Shown here one piece after another: positions 29,165-37,108 of a stretch of DNA of 64,000 bases. Origin of the DNA: Parcubacteria group bacterium. GTDB taxonomy: Bacteria; Patescibacteriota; Minisyncoccia; Moranbacterales; UBA2206. The stretch spans positions 253,274 through 317,273 of the forward strand of contig JBAZYF010000001.1 of assembly GCA_041659505.1 (NCBI GenBank), read 5' to 3'. The notes beneath the pieces were generated by a model that saw nothing but the letters and a program-made list of their open reading frames with translations, had not been told where the DNA came from and did no database searches. Within the stretch, counting starts at the first letter, position 1. Each line of letters begins with the position of its first letter. Both the position numbers and the translations under genes were made by a program.

Positions 29165-29788
29165 TTACTTATTTTTCGCATCAATCTCGTTTGAAAAAAC
29201 AGGTAACCCAATTCTTGAAAGATAATTTGTAAATCTTTGTGATAATTCTTCTCTAAACAACTCACATAATGTTGAGACATAGACGTCTGGATGAACCTCG
29301 TATAGTTCATCTCTAGGAACAGTCATAAAATGTTTAAAATCTACAACCAACTCAGGAATTCCATTAGAAGCATCGCCAGCTAAATAATGATACCGCTTAA
29401 GGTCATCATTTTTCTTTAATTTTTTGACTTTTTTTTCATGTTTTAAATCATTACTCATTTTCCACTCTGCGATATGCTTTCCCTCAATAAAATCATTTAT
29501 CGGATATGCAGGGCAAAGAAGAATAGTTGGTAAATATTTATCTTGCACCTCTACTTCTCCGAGCTTCTTTTTTTCCTTGTTTTTTTCTCTTTCTATGCAA
29601 TCACTTTCTAAATCACAATCCTGACTAAGCACAACCACATATTTCGGGTAAAAATCTTTTATTTTAATTCCTCCATCTGTCTCTCTTTTCGAAAAACCCA
29701 AATAAATAGCGACTTCCTTTAAAATATCGCCTTGGCATACTCGTTTTCCAAACTTAAAGTATCTTTTTTTAATCTGGCTTTCGAACAT
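29165..29788 (-). CDS. Hypothetical protein, possibly PemK/MazF-like toxin fold
   Basis: QGDIL...VVVLSQDCDL...LLCP...RYHYL...VVDFK...FREELSQRF..YLSRIGLP. Confidence 0.55.
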   Translation of the reverse strand: MFESQIKKRYFKFGKRVCQGDILKEVAIYLGFSKRETDGGIKIKDFYPKYVVVLSQDCDLESDCIEREKNKEKKKLGEVEVQDKYLPTILLCPAYPINDFIEGKHIAEWKMSNDLKHEKKVKKLKKNDDLKRYHYLAGDASNGIPELVVDFKHFMTVPRDELYEVHPDVYVSTLCELFREELSQRFTNYLSRIGLPVFSNEIDAKNK

Positions 29789-29954
29789 AGAAACCTTTTT
29801 TAAAGCTAGTTTTTTTTATTTCATATCTTTCTTTTGTTGCTCCAAAAGTAAACCTATTATCTTTCTTGAAAACATTAAATTCTTTTTCATCCACTTTCTC
29901 ATTTTTGCCTCCATGTTTACTATCGACAATGACAAAACTTGAGTATGCTTGCAT
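29769..29954 (-). CDS. Small hypothetical protein (61 aa) in the middle of a three-gene module
   Basis: Starts 4 nt after the upstream stop and overlaps the downstream start by 20 nt. Confidence 0.55.
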   Translation of the reverse strand: MQAYSSFVIVDSKHGGKNEKVDEKEFNVFKKDNRFTFGATKERYEIKKTSFKKGFYVRKPD

Positions 29955-29958
29955 ATCT

Positions 29959-30726
29959 TTATTTATTTAAAAATTTTCTAAATTTATCAGTTATACTTTG
30001 CTCAAACAAGCTTTCAATATGATTGTGATAAATTTTTGCCCTGTCCAGAACACCTTCCTCTGAAATTTCAAACGGCAGGGTAGAATAACAGTCGAAATCC
30101 AAAATGAATTCTTTCGTGGCAATTTCATTTGGATATTCCTTATTAAAAATTCCAAAATTAAACATCAACTCACCTTTTTCTTTCTTAAAAACGAGCTGAC
30201 TCATTGCTCTTGAAATTTTTTCTTTTCCTTTCATCGAAAAATCAAGCAAACCTATAAGATTTTTATCGATATAATTCTTCCAATCCAAGGGATTTTTTTC
30301 TTTCGACAGCTTTATCTCATTTATAAATCTTAGTCCTAGGCGGTTTATCGTTTTTACCTCAAAAGTATTAGTAAATTTTTCAACAAGTGTTTTTAAATCA
30401 ACAAATAATTCTTCCGATGAACTATATTTATCATATTCTATAAAGGCATATTTTTCACTAACTTCGAAGCGTTTTGTTTTTTGCTTATTTTCAAAAGTAT
30501 ATGCCAAAAACTCATTCATTAATTTGGTTACCTCTCCACTATCAACATCAAACCGAAAGCTACCTTCTTTTCCTTTCTTCGGCTCTTGAAGTATAAATTC
30601 TTTGCTTAGTTCTTTTTTGTTAAATTCTTCAAGAGAACCAAGCTCAACTTTTTCAAAATCCAATCTAAAAATAACCTTTTCGAGACAATTTGTTTTGTAA
30701 CACTTTTTTTTCATAGATTTTTTCAT
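29959..30726 (-). CDS. TIGR04255-family protein
   Basis: Y..N.L..VI.R.DF, Y...E.., I.RLGLR.IN.I, F.LD.D, FE..IT motifs. Confidence 0.75.
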   Translation of the reverse strand: MKKSMKKKCYKTNCLEKVIFRLDFEKVELGSLEEFNKKELSKEFILQEPKKGKEGSFRFDVDSGEVTKLMNEFLAYTFENKQKTKRFEVSEKYAFIEYDKYSSSEELFVDLKTLVEKFTNTFEVKTINRLGLRFINEIKLSKEKNPLDWKNYIDKNLIGLLDFSMKGKEKISRAMSQLVFKKEKGELMFNFGIFNKEYPNEIATKEFILDFDCYSTLPFEISEEGVLDRAKIYHNHIESLFEQSITDKFRKFLNK

Positions 30727-31040
30727 TTGCTTAAATTATACAGCAATTAACACAAAATTAAAAGCACCTGGCACTTAGTAATCTATTGAAGCAGATAATC
30801 AGCCCATTGGCAAGTTACTGTACAGTTACTTTACTTTTTCCCTAAAAAGACAACAATAAAGAAAAGTAGCAAAATTTTGAAAAATGTAACGAAAAAAATA
30901 ACCTCCTCAGGGGATAAAAGCAATCGAGGACCGTCCTCGACTGGGAAGTTTTTTGCCCGTAGAGTGCTTTTTTGTCAATAAGCACTCTACGGGAAAAAGA
31001 GAGAGAAAGAAAAAGTGAGAAAAATGGGTCAGGCACCTTC

Positions 31041-31220
31041 TCATCCTTCTTTCCAATCCCTGATCAAAATCCCGCCCCGGACTTTCTTGAGGGTGACTTT
31101 CTGCTTTTCTTTCCAGTTAAGCTCCATCGCCATCTCTTTGGGAAGAGTGACCGCCAGACTGGTTTTCCCTATGCGCGTGATTTTTCTGGTGTTTTTGTCT
31201 TTGAGTTTGGTGGTAGCCAT
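31041..31220 (-). CDS. AbrB/MazE/SpoVT-type DNA-binding protein (59 aa), paralog of 16425-16595
   Basis: Own translation MATTKLKDKNTRKITRIGKTSLAVTLPKEMAMELNWKEKQKVTLKKVRGGILIRDWKEG*. Confidence 0.75.
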   Translation of the reverse strand: MATTKLKDKNTRKITRIGKTSLAVTLPKEMAMELNWKEKQKVTLKKVRGGILIRDWKEG

Positions 31221-31232
31221 ATAAGTATTGAA

Positions 31233-31318
31233 ATATGTATTTAAATACGTACTTTTATTTTATCTCCAGAAAAGAAAAGTGGCAAATGAAAACGACTACC
31301 ATTTCTGGTGGCCGTCCT
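31233..31318. repeat. 86-bp direct repeat A' (copy of 28956-29041)
   Basis: Same length as A, with high identity seen directly. Confidence 0.85.
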
Positions 31319-31372
31319 CGACTAGAAAGTTATTTAAAAATGATACTATCAATTTCTTCTATTCGATCGAAA

Positions 31373-32428
31373 TCATTTTAAGACATAGGCTGATGCGGGA
31401 CCTTTGCCGACTTGCCTGATCAGCTTGATTTTTTTCAGCCTTTGCAAATGAAATTGAGCTGTTCTTTTGGGACAATTCAAAACATCCATAACATCAGTCG
31501 CCGTAATCCGGCCAAGCCTATCAGCAAAATCAAGAATTTTCATTTGATCGGCTTCCAAATAGACTTGCGAACTGATGTCATCACTAATTTTTCGCGCCGA
31601 CAGCGCAGTCACTTTATTTTTGACATTATCAATTTCTTCCTTGAAGCCTAGCACGAAATATTTCAGCCATGGAGTAAAATCAACTTTTCTTTCCAGATAA
31701 GTTTTGCCGATATTGATCGCTTTGTAATAACTCGGGCGGTCTTTGTTGTAATAATCTTCCAAGGCGAACAACCGGCGAAAATCATAACCCATTTTATACA
31801 AAATCAGCGTGGCCAGCGCTCTGGCGGTGCGTCCATTGCCATCTGAGAATGGATGGATGGCCGCAATTTCTTGATGCACAATTCCAGCTACGATTACCGG
31901 ATTGATGTCCGCATTTTCACTCTCGTTTATCCATTTGATGAGATCAGCGCACAGAGTCGGAACTTTTTTAGCTTCCGGACCAGCATACATAACTTCGGTG
32001 GGAAACCCCGCTTTGCGCCGAACCACGTAAACTGGACTCTTTCGATAGTGCCCTGATTGCTCTTTGGGTAAAGTTTTGTTTGTTACTAATTTATGAATTT
32101 TGAGAAGGACTTTTTCTGTAATTGCTTGTCTTTTTTGCACAATCTCTTCAATATATTTCAAGGCTTTTAGATAATTTTGCACCTCAAAAATATCTCGCTC
32201 CGGAGCATCGACTTTCTTTTTTCCTAGCAAAGCCTCAACTTCGTAGGCGTTTAGCTGGTTTCCCTCAATGGCCGTTGAACTGTGAGACATTCGCACCAGA
32301 GCCTGTCTGCGCAATTTTAGTTCATGTTTGGGCAAAATTCGGGCGCGTTCGATGGCTGACTTAGTTTGTGCAATGGAAACCAACATCCCAACAATACTGT
32401 CGGTAAGCTTATATTTTGGCAAAAACAT
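31373..32428 (-). CDS. Fic-family protein (class II autoinhibited) with C-terminal HTH
   Basis: HPFSDGNGRTAR; N-terminal inhibitory motif STAIEGN; C-terminal wHTH. Confidence 0.92.
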   Translation of the reverse strand: MFLPKYKLTDSIVGMLVSIAQTKSAIERARILPKHELKLRRQALVRMSHSSTAIEGNQLNAYEVEALLGKKKVDAPERDIFEVQNYLKALKYIEEIVQKRQAITEKVLLKIHKLVTNKTLPKEQSGHYRKSPVYVVRRKAGFPTEVMYAGPEAKKVPTLCADLIKWINESENADINPVIVAGIVHQEIAAIHPFSDGNGRTARALATLILYKMGYDFRRLFALEDYYNKDRPSYYKAINIGKTYLERKVDFTPWLKYFVLGFKEEIDNVKNKVTALSARKISDDISSQVYLEADQMKILDFADRLGRITATDVMDVLNCPKRTAQFHLQRLKKIKLIRQVGKGPASAYVLK

Positions 32429-32611
32429 ATTTTTTTGCAGGTTATTATTACACTAACAGTATAGCATAAAAAGAATAATTGCGCAATAATCGCGCAAGAT
32501 ATCGCGCAAAGGTTTTATAGCAAATATGCGGAATTTAAAAAACACTTTCGAACTCAAAAAATAGATCCTACTAAAACAAAAAGAGACATTTCTGCCTCTC
32601 CTTGTCCTACT

Positions 32612-32695
32612 TTGCTCCCCCTGCAGGATATGTTCCGCCACTTGAATATCTCTAAAGTGGAGATGGAATTACGATTGTTCAGTTTTGTGGTATAA
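32612..32695 (+). other. Putative displaced recombinase C-terminal tail / att junction B'
   Basis: Encodes LLPLQDMFRHLNISKVEMELRLFSFVV*; tgctccccctgcagga resembles the antisense tRNA-Asn end tgctccgcgaccagga. Confidence 0.5.
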
Positions 32696-32786
32696 AAAAC
32701 TTTAAATTTTACAAATTAAAAACCGGGGCTTACCCTGTTGAACGGGTATGCTCCGGCTATTCTACTATTTCGCCGTTTAAGCGTTG

Positions 32787-33242
32787 TTACGCTTCGGCAG
32801 GACCAGTGCCAATGTTGAAGAACTCGCCGACTGCGACAACCTTTGCGCGTCTTGCTGCAAGTTTACCGAGTTCTTCGCTTGCTTCCTGCATGGACGCATT
32901 AAGATTAACTTCATGCTGATTGATTTGCTCATGCAGGTTGGCGATGATTTTGGCGACCTTCTCAGCAAATTCATCCGCTCCTTGTTGTGTATTATCAGCA
33001 TCGGAGTCAAGCATCTCGACAGCGGATGTGCATTCTTCGCCGATGCACACTCTGGCTCCGAGGACTTGTGCCGTCGCGATAATCGAAAACGGCACTGCTT
33101 TCGATCCATCGCCCTTGATCAGGCCATTGGCACGATCATAAACGGCTTCCGCCTGATAAAGCCCAAGTACCGGCTGAATGGGTTTGGGGGCGGTGGCGGG
33201 TATAGCTGTTTTTTCAAAAAGGGTGTACGATCCAATTTTCAT
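32787..33242 (-). CDS. Hypothetical coiled-coil protein
   Basis: 151 aa with strong SD (GAAAGGAG) and a downstream hairpin; preferred over the overlapping antisense ORFs. Confidence 0.6.
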   Translation of the reverse strand: MKIGSYTLFEKTAIPATAPKPIQPVLGLYQAEAVYDRANGLIKGDGSKAVPFSIIATAQVLGARVCIGEECTSAVEMLDSDADNTQQGADEFAEKVAKIIANLHEQINQHEVNLNASMQEASEELGKLAARRAKVVAVGEFFNIGTGPAEA

Positions 33243-33482
33243 AGCTTACTCCTTTCCTGTTTGTGGCTTAATGCCAATTGTTTATACACTCCCAATGTTG
33301 ATATGGAACTCGTTTTTAGATGCATCTCTTTTTCAGAAACGCAACTGTGCAACTTAGCATATCCCTTCAGAGTTGTCAATCTTCTGGCGCAAACTATTAC
33401 TTAAAAGGCTTAATGATGTTGCGCGACGCAATCTTTCTTGATTCGACTAGTCGCGCAGAAGCTGGCTACCAAAATTCTCGAA

Positions 33483-34220
33483 TTAGATGTGATTCCAGAT
33501 GCCCAATCGAGCCCGGATTTCCATAAAGGGCTTCATGGGCTTTTCCACTTCCGCCACTCTGCTTTTTGCCTCCCTTAACACATCAATAGCATCGTCGAAA
33601 AGATTTTTCACCATGAACTCGCCCAATTTAAGCTCAGGGTTTTCAAAGAATGGCATTATCGTTTCCTCGAAGCCTTCCTTTTTCAATCCGAGTAAATTAG
33701 CGTTGGTCAGTATCTGACAGCTGACCACATTCTCGTTAATTTTTGGTATATCCAGTTTTGCAGGTTGATTCGGGTGAGGTTCTTTGCGGTATACTGTAGT
33801 CACAATAATCATCACCGCTAAATCGGCCAAGACGAATAATTTCCTCTCAAAAAACTGGCCTTTTTCCTCTTTAGTTTCCAGTGTTTTCACTGGGATAAAG
33901 AGCCAGCCGTCATTGATAAAAAATGTCTTCGGCAGACTGTCGACAACTTCTTTGGGGGTGACTCTTTTTTCATTCTGCCCGCCACCTTCGAGCGGGTGAT
34001 TCAGTATCGCTTCAAAAGTCATTGATTTACTGCTGATTTCCGCCACTCGGGGCAAAATCAGCTTGCTGGCTTCCAGAGAAAGCTTAACAAGAGAAAACCA
34101 TTCCAGTGGATTCAATCTCCCCTTTTCCACAGTCCCTTGAGTTGCGAAATGATACGGCTCGGTAAGTTCCTGTTTTTTATCAACCATGATCAATCTCCTT
34201 CCATCTCCGTTGTGATTCAT
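33483..34220 (-). CDS. Hypothetical protein
   Basis: 245-aa ORF coupled to the upstream gene; alternative SD-led start at 34187. Confidence 0.65.
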   Translation of the reverse strand: MNHNGDGRRLIMVDKKQELTEPYHFATQGTVEKGRLNPLEWFSLVKLSLEASKLILPRVAEISSKSMTFEAILNHPLEGGGQNEKRVTPKEVVDSLPKTFFINDGWLFIPVKTLETKEEKGQFFERKLFVLADLAVMIIVTTVYRKEPHPNQPAKLDIPKINENVVSCQILTNANLLGLKKEGFEETIMPFFENPELKLGEFMVKNLFDDAIDVLREAKSRVAEVEKPMKPFMEIRARLGIWNHI

Positions 34221-34975
34221 ACTACCGTTAAGCGCATTACCATTTCCGATTTTTCACCCTCACTGAGAAATTTTCCATTTTCAGGATCAGCGAATGCATT
34301 CGGATGCGTCAAAATTGGCTCAACACAAAAGTATTCATCCGCATTGTCGCTCCAAAGCGTTAGCTGAGAAGCTGAATTGAAATCGCCACTTAATTCCATG
34401 CTTAGGGTTCGTTCTCCGGACTTAACCAGAATCGGGCTGTCTACAACGATTATCTCGGACTCTTTTTTGAAATCAGTCAATACGTGAGAGCCGACTCTGG
34501 CCAGACACTTCGCAATACTGTGCCTTGGTGGTTTGGAAAAATCGCTGCAGAAATAGGGATGAAACCCTGGGTTAATTGGCGCGCGAAAATATTCGCCATC
34601 GCGTAACCTTTCTATGGCAAGTTTCAACGTTAAGGAACCAGCTAGCGGATTAATCGAAATAGTTACCAGATATTTCAGTTTCCAGGGAAACTCTTTTGTG
34701 ACCTCATTTTTCCCCACAAACACAACTTGGTTTGGTACGTCCCAATAAAGCTGGAGTACCTGATGCCTCAGCCAGCCATGTCGCGGAAATGAAGAAAGAG
34801 CTTCGATCGGCTTTCCGAAAAATGGAAAACAAATCGGAATGCCACCTCTGGATTTTTCACCAACCATTCTTTCTGGATAAATAAGGTTTTTACCGTGATA
34901 TACGAATTCCTTCACGGTTGCGCCAGTGGATGAAATCACAGCATAAGTACTTTTGTCACCAATAGTTTTTAGCAT
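34217..34975 (-). CDS. Aldose 1-epimerase / galactose mutarotase-like protein
   Basis: GA, RGGIP.CFP.FG, HG..R, FHPYF, .CVEP. Confidence 0.85.
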   Translation of the reverse strand: MLKTIGDKSTYAVISSTGATVKEFVYHGKNLIYPERMVGEKSRGGIPICFPFFGKPIEALSSFPRHGWLRHQVLQLYWDVPNQVVFVGKNEVTKEFPWKLKYLVTISINPLAGSLTLKLAIERLRDGEYFRAPINPGFHPYFCSDFSKPPRHSIAKCLARVGSHVLTDFKKESEIIVVDSPILVKSGERTLSMELSGDFNSASQLTLWSDNADEYFCVEPILTHPNAFADPENGKFLSEGEKSEMVMRLTVV

Positions 34976-35213
34976 GATTCATAATCCTCCTCTTGAAAAG
35001 TTGTTGTAGATTCTAACAAAATATCACCTTTTTAGATTATATCTAACCTCTCTTTGAGAGATAGTTTTTGTTAAAAAGCTGGATTTACTATTTAAGCATT
35101 ATTGTAAAGTAAATGCAAATAATCAAATGTTTTCCAATATAAAAAGGCTTTAATAAGCCTTAAAATATACCTATGCTCCGCGACCAGGACTCGAACCTGG
35201 AACCAATTGATTA

Positions 35214-35801
35214 CACATAATCTTTCTGTTTCCAAAAAGGGTGGACTATATCATCTCCTCATTACTAAGGAGTGAGGCGCTTCCCGTCCCGATTAATCGG
35301 GACAGTACTCTCTTGCGAGATAGTCTCTGAACCTTCCTTCACTAAAAGATTGCTTTGCAAGCCGTAGCTTTAGCGAAGGCTTGGCTGCTGATTACCATAA
35401 TTCCCGCTGAGGAATATTAGGCTTCCAGCAATTCACCTCATTCTTCACTTCCAAATTTCTTTGGAAGGCTGCGTATGTTGTTATGCAACTCTCTATGACA
35501 ATTCGCGCATACAAGGATGCACTTTTTAATCTCACTTTTTACTCTTTCCCAACTGCGAGTCAACCCCGCTTGAGAAACGCCAAATTCTTTTTCCGAAGAA
35601 TTGGCATGGTGAAATTCCAATGCATCACTGCAACGATCATAGCCACAAAGGGCACATTTACCGCCTCCGTATTCAATCGCCATTTCTCGAAGCTTTTTGC
35701 GTCTTTTTGAAACGGCTTTTTTTATATACTCTCGGCGGTCAGCGTATTTTCGGGTTTCCTTCATGTATCAATTATACCATTTTGCACAAAGGATGTGTAC
35801 C
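35214..35801 (-). ncRNA. Group I self-splicing intron (588 nt) inserted between anticodon positions 35 and 36
   Basis: 5' exon ends in U and the intron ends in G; P AATTGCTGGAAG (35433-35422), Q AATCAGCAGC (35393-35384), R TCAGAGACTA (35330-35321), S GATATAGTCC (35252-35243); P3 TGAGGTG/CGCCTCA. Confidence 0.92.
35438..35764 (-). CDS. Intron-encoded HNH endonuclease (putative homing endonuclease)
   Basis: CALCGY...LEFHH...EK.F...E..KCILVCANCHRELH (zinc-binding HNH); lies wholly inside the intron. Confidence 0.85.
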   Translation of the reverse strand: MKETRKYADRREYIKKAVSKRRKKLREMAIEYGGGKCALCGYDRCSDALEFHHANSSEKEFGVSQAGLTRSWERVKSEIKKCILVCANCHRELHNNIRSLPKKFGSEE

Positions 35802-36060
35802 ACAGTCAACTGCTCTACCATTGAGCTATCGCGGAATATTTGATTTGTAAATTACAAAACAAACTTATTCTAGCAAGGAATTTCGAATAAATCAATAGTC
35901 GGCTTTTATATGCCCTATTTTTGATAAATTTTAGGCGAAAAAGAACTAGAAAATATGTTGCTAAATTATAATTGCAGGATTATTTTTGACAATTTAGTGT
36001 TCTTTATTTGGCTAATTTAAGTCATAATTTCATATTATGCTAAAATCATATGAAAAATAC

Positions 36061-36089
36061 TTGACAAGTTTTTGCCCATGCTCTATACT
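36061..36089 (+). promoter_or_regulatory. Sigma70-type promoter for trmB-glmS
   Basis: TTGACA-17 nt-TATACT. Confidence 0.7.
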
Positions 36090-36340
36090 GGACTTAGTTA
36101 GTACCTTTAATAAAAAATAAGCCAGTGAGGAGCGGTTTTGAAGATTTGGCGGAATTTGATTGGGACGGGCAGAATTTTCTCCCGATACATTTCGATTGAT
36201 AAATCCTTACCAATCTTCCCTCTCATTTTCCTTTCCCATCTTCTTTCTCCCTTCTTCCTCGCTCGCTTTCTTTTTCACACTGGAATAAACATCGCTTTTA
36301 TTTCAGTTCTTCTTTTTTAAAGCAACTTTTTAAAATATAT

Positions 36341-37087
36341 ATGGACACAACAATTCTCAAAAAACTTGGCCTTGATGACAAGGAAGCTAAGGTTTATTTG
36401 ACCCTCTTGGAATATGGCGCCATTTCTGTGCGTGGCCTAGCGGAAGTTTCCGCGCTCAACCGCGGGACAGCTTATGACACTTTGAAACGCCTGCAAGAAA
36501 TCGGCCTGGTCAGTTATTACTATCAAGAAAAAAAACAACGCTTCGTGGCGGAAGATCCGGAGCGCCTCTTGGAAATTCTCAAAAAGCGTGAACAGGAAAT
36601 TAAGGAAGTGAAAAATGGAATTCTTGATATCATCCCAGAACTAAAATCGATCCAAGACAAAAAAGATTTGAAACCCGTTTCCAAGCTCTATGAAAACCGC
36701 GCCGGCATAAAAACAATCTTGGATGATTTATTGTCTTCGATGGAAACTCTGCCCGAAAAAGAACGGGAATATTATATCTATTCTTCAACCCAAGCCAGTG
36801 CTGACATCCACAAGGCCTATCCCAATTTTACCCAAGAGCGGATTAAGCGCGACATTCACGTCCGCTCAATCTCGCTGGCGCAGGGCGGAAATTTGCACGG
36901 TTTGGATCACCGGCGCTGGCTCGGCACGGACAAAGATTCGGCCACTTTTATCCTGATCTACGCCGAAAAATGCGCCTTCATTTCCCGCGACTCCGAGGGT
37001 ACGCCGGTGGGAATTTTGGTGGAAAACAAGATGATCTACGAAACACAAAAAATGATATTTCTCAAACTGTGGGATTTTTTACAATAA
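36341..37087 (+). CDS. TrmB-family transcriptional regulator
   Basis: LGL...EAKVYL.LL..G, R.T.YD.L..L...GLV, F.AE.P. Confidence 0.88.
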   Translation: MDTTILKKLGLDDKEAKVYLTLLEYGAISVRGLAEVSALNRGTAYDTLKRLQEIGLVSYYYQEKKQRFVAEDPERLLEILKKREQEIKEVKNGILDIIPELKSIQDKKDLKPVSKLYENRAGIKTILDDLLSSMETLPEKEREYYIYSSTQASADIHKAYPNFTQERIKRDIHVRSISLAQGGNLHGLDHRRWLGTDKDSATFILIYAEKCAFISRDSEGTPVGILVENKMIYETQKMIFLKLWDFLQ

Positions 37088-37108
37088 ATCAATCTAAAAA
37101 ACAAAACT

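Larger units (their letters stand above)
35176..35835 (-). tRNA. tRNA-Asn(GTT), intron-split: exon 1 35835-35802, exon 2 35213-35176
   Basis: Joined exons give TCCGCGA TA GCTC AATGGTA GAGC A GTTGA CTGT|TAA TCAAT TGGTT CCAGG TTCGAGT CCTGG TCGCGGA G: a full cloverleaf with G73 and no encoded CCA. Confidence 0.93.

Noticed and set aside
28945-29232. ORFs 28945-29232 and 28949-29158 (and 31228-31419) as real genes
   Set aside because: They run across repeat A and its hairpin; only the tail segment shows peptide-level conservation
32777-33404. Overlapping ORFs 32784-33404 (+) and 32777-33109 (-)
   Set aside because: Shadow frames of 32787-33242, which has the SD and a natural composition
36095-37108. 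glmS ribozyme
   Set aside because: No recognisable ribozyme core upstream of trmB or glmS; glmS follows trmB after 21 nt
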